Shown piece after piece: positions 39,142-47,827 of a stretch of 64,000 bases of DNA. The stretch lies in NCBI GenBank assembly GCA_964202905.1, contig CAXNJO010000001.1, positions 736,001 to 800,000 on the forward strand, given 5' to 3'. Both the position numbers and the translations under genes were made by a program. This DNA comes from Polyangiales bacterium (GTDB lineage: Bacteria; Myxococcota_A; Polyangia; Polyangiales; JADJQN01). The notes under the pieces were generated by a model. That model was not told the DNA's origin, ran no database searches, and saw only the letters and a program-made list of their open reading frames with translations. Position 1 is the first letter of the stretch; every line of letters begins with the position of its first letter.

Positions 39142-41123
39142 GCAGCGCGGGCCCCGCACCGATCGTGCGCCACGTCGCGGCCGCGCTCACCGCGGTCGCC
39201 TTGCTGTCGTTCGCGATCGCGCGCCCGGCGCGCGCGCAATCGCCCTTCCGGCTCGACGTGCAGCACCTGCACCCGAGCGCCATGCCCGACTCGGGCCTCG
39301 CGACCGAGGGCGGCGCGGGTCTGCCGGCGTGGACGCTCTCCTTCGCGACGACGTTTCACCGGGGCGAGACCCTGCTCCGCGCGAGCACGGCGGACGGCGC
39401 GACGCAGGCGATCCTGCTCGCGGATCAGGCCGTGCTCGAGCCCGCGATCGCGCTCGGTCTGCCGGGCGGCTTCGCGGTGCAGTTCTCGTGGCCGCTCGTG
39501 CTCCTCGCGAGCGACACGCCCGAGGCGCGGGCGATCACGCTCGCGCCGCTGCGCGGGCAGGGCATCGGCGACCCGCGCTTCCAACTCTCGTATCGCCACG
39601 AAATCACGAATGATTTGCGCGTTCTCGGCGCGCTCACGGCGACGGTGCCCTCGGTCTCGGGGACGGGCGAGGGCGTGTGGGCCGAGCTCGGCGCGGAGCC
39701 GAGCGCCTCGCTGCACGGCATCGCGGGGCTCGAGGGCCGCGTCGCGATCCTCGTACTCCGCGCCAACGTCGGCGTGCGCGGGCGCCTCGGCGACGCGGCG
39801 CTCGGCGCGCAGTTCACGATCGGCAGCGAGCTCACCTTCGCGGGCGCGGTCGAACTCAGGCCGCTCCGGCAGCTGCACGTGCTCGCCGAGGTGCACGGGT
39901 CGAGCGCGTTCGACGGCTTCGGCACGCGGGACCGCACGCCGCTCGAGCTTCTCTTCGGCGCGCGCGTCCACCCGCATTCCGACCTCGAGATCACGCCCTT
40001 CGTGGGGGTCGGGCTGAGCGAGGGCTACGGCACCCCGGCCTGGCGCGCTGGGTTGGCGCTCCGCTTCTACCTGCACCGGCACGACGCGGACGGCGACGGC
40101 GTCGAGGACGCGGACGACCGCTGTCCCGGCGAGGACGAGGACCGCGACGGCTTCGAGGACGGGGACGGCTGCATCGACGCCGACGACGACGCGGACGGAG
40201 TGCCGGACGCCGTCGATCGCTGCCCGCGCGTGGCGGGGCTCGGTGCGCTCGCGGGCTGCCCCGATCCCGACGGCGATCACGACGGCGTCGGCGCGGGCGA
40301 CCGCTGCCCCGCCGAGGCCGAGGACGCGGACCACTTCGAGGACGAGGACGGCTGCCCGGAGGCCGACAACGACCGCGACGGACTCGACGACGCGGCCGAC
40401 CGCTGCCCAACGCAGGCCGAGGACCGCGACGGCTTCGAGGACGACGACGGCTGCCCGGAGCCCGACAACGACCGCGACGGAATCGCAGACGCCCGCGACA
40501 CATGCCCGCGGGAGGCCGAGGACCGCGACGGCTTCGAGGACGACGACGGCTGCGTCGAGGCGGACAACGACGGCGACGGCGTCGCGGACGGCGAGGACGG
40601 ACCGCCCGACCCCGGCGGTCACTTCGGGGTGTGCCGCAACCTCCCGGAGACCGCGGGCGGGCGCGACGCGCGCGAGCCGGACGGCTGCCCCGACAGCGCG
40701 GTCCGCGTGGACGTCGCCGCGCGCCGGATCCGCGTGCCGCCCGTCTTCTTCGACACCGACGCCGACGTCATCCAGGAGCGCAGCTTCGCGGACCTCGTCT
40801 ACGTCACGGAGATCCTCGCCGCGAACCCGTGGATCCGCCGGCTCGTCGTCGAGGGCCACACCGACGACCGCGGCTCCGACGACCACAACCTCGACCTCTC
40901 GCAGCGGCGCGCGGCGAGCGTCGTGCGCTTCCTCGTCGAGCGCGGCGTCGTTGCGGATCGGCTCGTGCCGCGCGGCTTCGGGCGCGCGCGACCGCCGACC
41001 GTCGTCGACGAGCCTGCTTGCCGCGACGCGCGCTCGACGGCGTGCCGGCAGGGCGCGCGGCGCGTGGTGTTCGTGATCGACGAGGTCGCCTCGGACGACG
41101 CACCGACCGCCCCGAACCCCTGA
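39138..41123 (+). CDS. OmpA-family protein with N-terminal barrel and thrombospondin type-3 repeats (TraB-like architecture)
   Basis: Signal peptide (ARA-Q), GIGDPR, GYGTPAWR, repeated EDRDGFEDDDGCP.DND.DG, VEGHTDDRG...NLDLSQRRAASV. Confidence 0.9.
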   Translation: MSSAGPAPIVRHVAAALTAVALLSFAIARPARAQSPFRLDVQHLHPSAMPDSGLATEGGAGLPAWTLSFATTFHRGETLLRASTADGATQAILLADQAVLEPAIALGLPGGFAVQFSWPLVLLASDTPEARAITLAPLRGQGIGDPRFQLSYRHEITNDLRVLGALTATVPSVSGTGEGVWAELGAEPSASLHGIAGLEGRVAILVLRANVGVRGRLGDAALGAQFTIGSELTFAGAVELRPLRQLHVLAEVHGSSAFDGFGTRDRTPLELLFGARVHPHSDLEITPFVGVGLSEGYGTPAWRAGLALRFYLHRHDADGDGVEDADDRCPGEDEDRDGFEDGDGCIDADDDADGVPDAVDRCPRVAGLGALAGCPDPDGDHDGVGAGDRCPAEAEDADHFEDEDGCPEADNDRDGLDDAADRCPTQAEDRDGFEDDDGCPEPDNDRDGIADARDTCPREAEDRDGFEDDDGCVEADNDGDGVADGEDGPPDPGGHFGVCRNLPETAGGRDAREPDGCPDSAVRVDVAARRIRVPPVFFDTDADVIQERSFADLVYVTEILAANPWIRRLVVEGHTDDRGSDDHNLDLSQRRAASVVRFLVERGVVADRLVPRGFGRARPPTVVDEPACRDARSTACRQGARRVVFVIDEVASDDAPTAPNP

Positions 41124-41222
41124 AAAAAGGGCGTTTCGGGGGCCTCGTCCATGCGGCGCGGCGGCATCGGCGGCCGGTCTCGCGCGCGACGAAGCGCCCG
41201 CTGAGGCCGGCGCGCGGCGGCG

Positions 41223-42953
41223 TCAGGGGTCGGTCTCGAGCTCGACGAAGAGCCCGCCGAGGTCGGTGCGCGGGCGCAGCGGTGCGGCGAGGCGTTCGCC
41301 GAGGCGCATCAACTCCTCGTCGAGCGCGCCGATCTGCCTGCCGTGCGCGATGAGGCGCGCGTCGATCGCGTCCTGCTCCTGCTCGTGGGTGTCTTCGACG
41401 CGCTGCCGCTGCGCGCGCAGGGCCTCGACCTGGAACTCGAGATCCGTCACGGCGCGATCGCGCGCCTCGACCCAACGCTGCGCCTTCTCCGCCGTCGCGT
41501 GCGTGTGCTGCCACTGCGCGAGCGCGTCCGCCGTCGCGCGGAACGCCGCGGCGATCTCCGCGGTGGGCGCGGCGACGCCGAGGTGCCAGCCCGCCTCGAT
41601 GAGGCGCGAGTGCGTGGCGACGTACGCCTCCCGCGCGAGGCGGTCGGCGTCGAAGTGGGGCTGCACCTCGGGGCGCGCGCCACGGGCCGCTTCGCGCGCG
41701 CTCGAGAGGTCGACGCCGAGCGTGTCGACCGCGTGGCCGAGACGCGTGCGCGCCTCGCGCACGCTGGTGTCGAGCACGTCGAGTTTGCGCTGCTCCTTGA
41801 GCCCCGCCGCGCGCAGCTCGTTGATCTGCGCGATCACGCGCTTCAACGCCACGAGCGCCTGCGCGAGCTCGGCCGGCGGCGCTGCGCCCGGGTACGCGCG
41901 CGCGAGCATCTGCTCGAACACCGCGGCGCGCCGCGCCCAGCGCTCGAGCGTCGTCGGCGGGAGCGTGCGCGCCGCCTGACGCAGCACGCCCACCGCGGGC
42001 GTCGGCTGCATCGCCTCGCTGACGACGTCCGCCGGCACGAGCGGCAGCAGCTCCTTGATCACCTGGTGCGCGTCGACGGGGCGGTCGCCGGGCTTCTTCG
42101 CGAGGAGCTTCTTGACGAGCGCCTCGAGGCTCGGCGGCACGTTCGGCACCTTCGCCGCGATGCTCGGCGGCTCGGCCTGGAGGTGCTTGATCAGGATGCC
42201 GGGGAGGGAGTCCGCGTCGAAGGGCAGCTCGCCCGTGAGCATCTCGTAGACGATCACGCCGACGGCGTAGAGGTCGGCGAGCGGCCCCGCGTCGATCGAG
42301 CTGACGCGCTCGGGGGCCATGTATTGCGGGGTCCCGAAGAGCTCGCCCGCGCTCGTGAGGCGTGAATCGTGGAGGGAGCGCGCGATGCCGAAGTCGAGCA
42401 GCTTCACGACGGTGCGCCCGTCGCGGCCGCGGTGCAGGAAGATGTTGTCCGGCTTGAGGTCGCGGTGGATGACCTGGAAATCGTGGGCGCGCGCGAGGCC
42501 GCGCATGATCTGCAGGCTGAGCTCCGCGACGAGGGCGGGCGGCAGCGCGCCCTGCTCGGCGATGCGGTCCGCGAGCGAGGAGCCGTCGAGCAGCTCCATC
42601 ACCATGAAGGCGGTGCCGTCGTCCGTCTCGCCGGTGTCGAGGATCTCGATGATGTTGGGGTGCGCGAGCGAGGCGGAGTTCTTCGCCTCGCGGCGGAAGC
42701 GCTCGCGGAGGGAGGCGTCCTTCGTGAGGTGCGGCGCCATGACCTTGATGGCCACGGGCCGATCGACGAGCGTGTGGCGCGCGCGGTAGACGGTGGCCAT
42801 CCCGCCCTCGCCGATGGCCGACTCGACCAGGTACCGGCCGCCGAGCACCGTGCCGACGCGCGTGTCCGGCATCACGGCGAGCGGCTCGCCATCGACGAAG
42901 CAGCGGTCCTTGTCGTCCGGGTACTTGAGCTGGCAGCGCGGGCAGATCCGCAT
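41223..42953 (-). CDS. cytoplasmic Ser/Thr protein kinase with C-terminal coiled coil
   Basis: GEGGMATVY, VAIK, HRDLKPDN, DFG, GTPQYMAPE, DLYAVG. Confidence 0.95.
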   Translation of the reverse strand: MRICPRCQLKYPDDKDRCFVDGEPLAVMPDTRVGTVLGGRYLVESAIGEGGMATVYRARHTLVDRPVAIKVMAPHLTKDASLRERFRREAKNSASLAHPNIIEILDTGETDDGTAFMVMELLDGSSLADRIAEQGALPPALVAELSLQIMRGLARAHDFQVIHRDLKPDNIFLHRGRDGRTVVKLLDFGIARSLHDSRLTSAGELFGTPQYMAPERVSSIDAGPLADLYAVGVIVYEMLTGELPFDADSLPGILIKHLQAEPPSIAAKVPNVPPSLEALVKKLLAKKPGDRPVDAHQVIKELLPLVPADVVSEAMQPTPAVGVLRQAARTLPPTTLERWARRAAVFEQMLARAYPGAAPPAELAQALVALKRVIAQINELRAAGLKEQRKLDVLDTSVREARTRLGHAVDTLGVDLSSAREAARGARPEVQPHFDADRLAREAYVATHSRLIEAGWHLGVAAPTAEIAAAFRATADALAQWQHTHATAEKAQRWVEARDRAVTDLEFQVEALRAQRQRVEDTHEQEQDAIDARLIAHGRQIGALDEELMRLGERLAAPLRPRTDLGGLFVELETDP

Positions 42954-43025
42954 CGGCGGCCTCGGGGGAAGAGAATGGATGCGGCGAGCCCCGAGGCTAC
43001 CACCCGGGGCCGCCGCCGTCGTGGC

Positions 43026-43439
43026 TCAGCCTCCGCCGAGGGCGAGCGGGGCGAACTTCGCCTGGCAGATCGTGAGCTTCGCGAAGAGGGGCCGCGCCTC
43101 CTCGCGGAGCTTCGCCCAGAGCGGGCCGATGCCCTCGGACTTGTCGTTGACGTCGAGGCGCTTGCTCCGGCCGAGCGCGGCTTCGACCGCGGCGAGCGAG
43201 GGGCATGCGCGGAAGGGCTCGGGGTGGAAGGCGATGCAGGCATCGAGCAGGGCGTCGGGGTCCGTCGGGCCGGCGGGCACGAGGACATTCAGCGCCCCGA
43301 GCGGGCGCAACCCCTTCTCGACGTAGAGCGGCTGGAACCACATGCGCTCGCCGTCGCCCTGGAGGAGCATCAGCTCGATGGGGTTCACGCCGTCGTAGTT
43401 GCGCGGACCGACGACATAGGCCTGTGAGAAACCAGCCAT
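43026..43439 (-). CDS. hypothetical protein
   Basis: MAGFSQAYVVG...DGVNPIE; protein-like composition and GC-rich third positions. Confidence 0.65.
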   Translation of the reverse strand: MAGFSQAYVVGPRNYDGVNPIELMLLQGDGERMWFQPLYVEKGLRPLGALNVLVPAGPTDPDALLDACIAFHPEPFRACPSLAAVEAALGRSKRLDVNDKSEGIGPLWAKLREEARPLFAKLTICQAKFAPLALGGG

Positions 43440-43626
43440 GGGATGTGGAGACCTTTCCCGCCGAGCCCGGCGTGGGGCGACGCGGCTGCGCCGACCCCGG
43501 AGAGACGCGCGCCCCACGCCGCGACTGACAACGCCGCCGACGATTCTCGCGGCCGGGCGTCGGCGCCGTGCGCGTCGGTGACGCGCGCTGAATGGTGGTT
43601 CAGTCGCGGGGGGACGCGCGGCGAGG

Positions 43627-44490
43627 TCAGCGGCCGGTGAGCCGACGCACGACGACGCTCGCGCAGGCGAGCCCGAAGGCGCCCGTCACGAACGAGGCGC
43701 TGCCCTCGATCCGCGAGCGCTTCTCGCAGGAGTGCAGGCCGTTCGAGCCGTTCGGGCAGACGCAGACGAAGCCCGCGGCGGCGTCGTAGGAGAGCGCCTC
43801 GGGGGCGATCGGCGGCTCGTCCGAGAAGACCGCCGTCACGCCCGTCGTGAGGCCCTTGCGCGCCTCGATCCCGTGCTTTTCGCGGAGCAGCTTGCGGAGC
43901 GCGCGGGCGAACGGATCGATCTCGGTGTCGGCGAGGTCCGCGATGCGCACGCGCGTCGGGTCGAGGCGCGCCGCCGCGCCCATCGACGAGACGATCGGGA
44001 TGCCGCGCGCGAGACAGGTCGCGACGAGGTGGGCCTTCGCGGTGAGGTTGTCGATGGCGTCGACGACGAAGTCGACCTGCCCGGCGAGGAGCGCGTCGCT
44101 CGAGTCCGCTGCGTAGAACTGCGCGATCGGCTCGATCGACGCGACGGGGTTCACGAGGCGCAGGCGCTCGGCCATCACCTCGACCTTGCGCTTGCCGATC
44201 GTGCCCTTGAGCGCGTGCAGCTGGCGGTTCGCGTTGGTCACGCAGATCTCGTCGAAGTCGACGAGCGCGAGCGTCCCGGTGCCCGTCCGCGCGAGGGACT
44301 CGGCCGCGAAGGAGCCCACGCCGCCGCAGCCGACGACGAGCACGCGCGCGCGATGCAGCACGTGCAGGCCCGGCTCGCCGACGAGGCGCGCGGCGCGGTC
44401 GAAACGGCGGTGGGTGCGCGCGGCCGGCTCCGGGGACTCCGGGGCGGGCGCGACGACGGGCTGGCCGATCACGGGCAGGAACGACGCCAT
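43627..44490 (-). CDS. tcdA: tRNA threonylcarbamoyladenosine dehydratase (ThiF family)
   Basis: VGCGGVGS, DFDEICVTNANRQLHA, VVDAIDN, SSMGAA, DPFARALRK, GSASFVTGAFG. Confidence 0.9.
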   Translation of the reverse strand: MASFLPVIGQPVVAPAPESPEPAARTHRRFDRAARLVGEPGLHVLHRARVLVVGCGGVGSFAAESLARTGTGTLALVDFDEICVTNANRQLHALKGTIGKRKVEVMAERLRLVNPVASIEPIAQFYAADSSDALLAGQVDFVVDAIDNLTAKAHLVATCLARGIPIVSSMGAAARLDPTRVRIADLADTEIDPFARALRKLLREKHGIEARKGLTTGVTAVFSDEPPIAPEALSYDAAAGFVCVCPNGSNGLHSCEKRSRIEGSASFVTGAFGLACASVVVRRLTGR

Positions 44491-44580
44491 GGCGGCGCGA
44501 CCATAGCAGACGGGCACGCGCGACCCGCGCTGCCGGGCGGTCCTCGCCTTTTTCGCCGAAGGCGTCTACGACTCCGGCCC

Positions 44581-45124
44581 ATGCGCGCGTCCCCCTCGCA
44601 CCTCTTGATCGCTTCGCTCCTCTGGACTCGTCGGCTGCGGCGCCGGCCCGTACGGCTTCTCGCGGACGTACGAGACGCTCTCCGACGAGCAGGACGTCGC
44701 CGAGGGCGCCGAGGAGGCCGTCTACGAGGACGTGCGCCGCGACCCCGCGGGCTACCGCGCCCGGCGCGTCGCGTGGTTCGGCGTCGTGACGGGCGTCGAG
44801 TCCGGCCCCGGCGGGACGAGCCTCGTGCACCTCACGCACCGCATCCACCAGGAGCGGCACCTCTGCGGAGACGAGACTGACGGCTCGTGCCGCGTCACCG
44901 TCTCCGAGCGCGCGAGCGGCCCGTGGACCGCCACGATCACGCTGCGCCCGGAGGACACCGTCGGCGTCGACCGCGTGTGGATGGGCTCGCTGCTGCGCGT
45001 CTTCGGCGCGCCGAGCGGCGAGTTCGACGCCGAGGGCGGGCCGGTGCTCGCCGCGCACTACTACCGCCACTGGCCGCGCGGCGCGTACGTGACCACCGCC
45101 GATCGGGCCCGGCTCCGGCGCTGA
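44581..45124 (+). CDS. lipoprotein (Slp/OB-fold-like), frameshift near 44622 in the signal peptide
   Basis: ATG 44581 MRASPSHLLIASLL continues in +1 frame as GLVGC (lipobox) GAGPYGFSR...VAWFGVV...YYRHWPRG; that frame has TGA just upstream. Confidence 0.65.
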
Positions 45125-45256
45125 GCGCCACCCTCGAATAGGGCGCCCGTGTGCGCCGTCCATGCCGGCGTCGACCGGCGCACCGGGGGCCGGCCTGGCC
45201 CGGAGTTCCCCGGGTTCCCCTCCACCCAACCCGCTCCAGACCCGAGGTCCCTTCCC

Positions 45257-45661
45257 ATGCCGAACATCTCCGCCCTCCGCCCGCTCTTCCTCGCCGGCGC
45301 CGTCGCCCTCGTGTCTCTCGGCTCGGCCTGCGTCATCGACGCGACCGTCCCGACCTACGACGAGTGCTTCGACTCGAGCGACTGCCGCGGCGGCGACGTC
45401 TGCGTCCGCGTCATCACGACCGACTCCACGGGCGTGCGGCGCGACGGCAAGCAGTGCTCGCGCTTCTGCTCGGGCGACTTCGACTGCCCGTCGATCAACA
45501 GCTACGCGGGCGCTTGCTACATGATCTCCACGGACCCGGACTTCCGGAACTTCACCTGCTTCGCGCGTTGCGACAGCGACATCGACTGCGACTTCAACCA
45601 GGACTGCGTGCCCGTCACCGGCCCCGCGGGCGCCGACGCGATCTGTCTCCCCGCGTTCTGA
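45257..45661 (+). CDS. small Cys-rich lipoprotein
   Basis: Lipobox LGSA-C; repeated CxxxxDC motifs. Confidence 0.82.
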   Translation: MPNISALRPLFLAGAVALVSLGSACVIDATVPTYDECFDSSDCRGGDVCVRVITTDSTGVRRDGKQCSRFCSGDFDCPSINSYAGACYMISTDPDFRNFTCFARCDSDIDCDFNQDCVPVTGPAGADAICLPAF

Positions 45662-45713
45662 ACGCCCGCCCGGCGCGCTCCGGACCCGATATTCGGGCGG
45701 ATTCGTGATGCTG

Positions 45714-45745
45714 CGCGCGATGGTTGGAGCTCCAACCATCGTGCG
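45714..45745. terminator. perfect 24-bp palindrome between convergent genes; possible bidirectional terminator or binding site
   Basis: CGATGGTTGGAG|CTCCAACCATCG at 45718-45741, extendable by several pairs; no U-tract. Confidence 0.5.
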
Positions 45746-45753
45746 TGGCGCCG

Positions 45754-46677
45754 TCAGCCGAGCGCGTCGGCGAGCGCCTCGACCGAGGGGCGCCGGAACT
45801 CGGGCACGAAGAGGTAGGGCAGTTCCACGCGCGAGACGGGCAGCGCCGCAGCGAGGCGCGCGAGGCTCTCCTCCTGCACCGCCTCGCGGAGCGCGCGGGC
45901 GCGTGCGGAGGCGGCGAGCGACGTGAGCGGCGAGCCGGCGGGCAGCGCGGCGGGCAGGCCCGCCAAGGTCGCGCGCTCCGCGTCCGGGAAGAGCCGCGGG
46001 AACACGCCGTTCACGACGATCTTCGCGACCGGGAGCCGCAACTCCCGCGTGATCGCGGCGTGCAGCTCGATCGTCTCGTTGGTGGGCATGTCTTCGGGGA
46101 GCGTGACGAGCACGATGCCCGAGCGCACCGGGTCCTCGAAGAGCGCCCAGGCCCGCTCGGCCTCGCGACGCAGGAGGCCGGGGGGCGCGACGTCCATGAT
46201 GACGCGCGGCACGCGCAGCATGTCGAGGCCGTGGCCCGTCGCGGGCGCATCGAGGATCACGAGGTCGTACTGCGGGCGCCCGTCGTCGCGCGGGATGGTC
46301 GCGTGGAAGTACGCCTTGCCGAGCATCGACCAGGCCTCGATGCCCGGCACGCCGCGCAAGAAGGAGGCGACGACGCGGTTCTCGAAGATCGCCTTGTAGA
46401 GCGTGCGCACCTTGAGGACGATCATCCCGTACTCCTCGAGCGCGGAGGCGGGGGTCATGTTCACCGCGTCGATGTGCGGCAGCACGCCGACGACGTCCTC
46501 GCCGATGGGCGGCACCTCGAGCAGGTGCGAGAGCCGCTCGCGTGTGTTGCACATCGCGACCAGCACGCGCTTGCCACGGCGCGCCGCGGCGAGGGCGAGG
46601 GCGGCGCTGACGGTGGTCTTTCCCACGCCGCCCTTGCCGATGACGAGGAGGAACCGGCGATCGAGGAGGTCGGACAT
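45754..46677 (-). CDS. ArsA/Get3-family ATPase
   Basis: GKGGVGKTT, DAPATGH, LPEDMPTNET, VVNG. Confidence 0.9.
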   Translation of the reverse strand: MSDLLDRRFLLVIGKGGVGKTTVSAALALAAARRGKRVLVAMCNTRERLSHLLEVPPIGEDVVGVLPHIDAVNMTPASALEEYGMIVLKVRTLYKAIFENRVVASFLRGVPGIEAWSMLGKAYFHATIPRDDGRPQYDLVILDAPATGHGLDMLRVPRVIMDVAPPGLLRREAERAWALFEDPVRSGIVLVTLPEDMPTNETIELHAAITRELRLPVAKIVVNGVFPRLFPDAERATLAGLPAALPAGSPLTSLAASARARALREAVQEESLARLAAALPVSRVELPYLFVPEFRRPSVEALADALG

Positions 46678-46780
46678 CAGCAAGCCGCGCGACGATAGCA
46701 CCGTTCGACGGCGTCGCTCCGGCCGCGGGCGCGTGGGCCGCGGGCAGGCGCGCGTGGGTGCGACGTGCGGACGCGCGGGG

Positions 46781-47602
46781 TCAGCTGGGCGAGAGGCGGT
46801 GGTAGTGCCCGCGGCCGCAGCCGGGGCAGAGCTGGGCGACCGCGGGGCCGAGCGCGAGGTCGCCCTCGGGCGCGGCGAGCAGGCGCGCGACGGTGCGTGT
46901 CGCGCGGCCGCAGGGGCATGTGAAGGCGTGGTCGCGGTAGCCGACCGTCGCGCCGCCGAGGAAGCCGCGGATACGCGGGCCGTTCGGGCCGGCGAGCCCG
47001 GCGAGGGGCGGGAGCGAGGTGCGGGCGCTGCCGGGCGCGCCGTCGTCGAAGGGGACGAGGAGCGCGCCGTGTGCCGCCGGGAGCGTCGTCGGCGGCGCCT
47101 CGCGGAGCGTGACGCGCGCGCCGGTGTCCGCGAGGACGCGCAGCGTCGGCTCGGCGAGCGACGCGGGGATCGCGCGGGCGATCGTCGTGCGGGGCGTGAG
47201 GCGGTGCGCGGGCGGGGGCGCGGCGAGCGGACCGGCGAGGCGCGCGACGGTGTCAGCGAGGCGCGCGGGCGTGGGCCCCGCGTCCTCGAGGACGACGTCC
47301 CACGCGGCGGGCAGCGGCGGCTGGCGGGGCGTGCATGCGCCGCGCCCGACGATCGCCGCGGTGCCCGCGCAGGGCGTCTCCGCGGGGCCGGCGTGGCACT
47401 CGAAGAGCAGCAGCAGCCGGTCGTCGAGGGGCCCGACGAGGGACGTCGTCGCGAGCGGGATCTGCGCGCGGAAGAGCAGCGGCGCGTCGCAGCGCGGGCA
47501 GTGGGGCCAGGGCACGTCCGTGGGGAGCAGCGGCAGCCCGCCCGAGCGCAGCTCGATCGCCTCCATCGCGGTCGGATCGGTGTCGAGCCATGCGATGCCC
47601 AT
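46781..47602 (-). CDS. YwqG/DUF1963-like protein with CxxC motifs and an inserted L7/L12-CTD-like segment
   Basis: GGLP...WPHCPRCDAPLLFRAQI, LLLFEC; central WDVVLEDAG...GARVTL; second LGG...CPCG...CPGC. Confidence 0.6.
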   Translation of the reverse strand: MGIAWLDTDPTAMEAIELRSGGLPLLPTDVPWPHCPRCDAPLLFRAQIPLATTSLVGPLDDRLLLLFECHAGPAETPCAGTAAIVGRGACTPRQPPLPAAWDVVLEDAGPTPARLADTVARLAGPLAAPPPAHRLTPRTTIARAIPASLAEPTLRVLADTGARVTLREAPPTTLPAAHGALLVPFDDGAPGSARTSLPPLAGLAGPNGPRIRGFLGGATVGYRDHAFTCPCGRATRTVARLLAAPEGDLALGPAVAQLCPGCGRGHYHRLSPS

Positions 47603-47827
47603 CTCGTCTCGCCCTCGGGGATCCCGAACGGCGAGGCCGCGATCGGCTTGAGGTCCCCCGCGATCTTCGCGTCCCGCATGGCCGCGGGACCGCCGCGCGC
47701 CCTGTGCGCGCCGGCGAACAGCGGCCGCGTGACGAGGGGAAAAGGCCACGCGCGGCCGGTGGAACGGCGTGTTGCGGCGTGTTGCGGCGCGTTGCGTTGC
47801 GGTGCGGCGGCGACGGATCGTGCCCGG

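Noticed and set aside
40081..40690. DNA repeat array of about 99-bp period
   Set aside because: Explained by thrombospondin type-3 protein repeats with synonymous variation
43385..46552. 1055-aa ORF and other long Arg/Ala/Pro-rich ORFs (for example 57486..60716, 46403..49099, 14815..17238, 16829..19297)
   Set aside because: Shadow frames caused by high GC; they overlap motif-supported genes. Some only contain a real gene in their 3' part
47768..47812. GTGTTGCGGC / GTTGC microsatellite as a regulatory element
   Set aside because: Short, degenerate low-complexity run with no second occurrence seen
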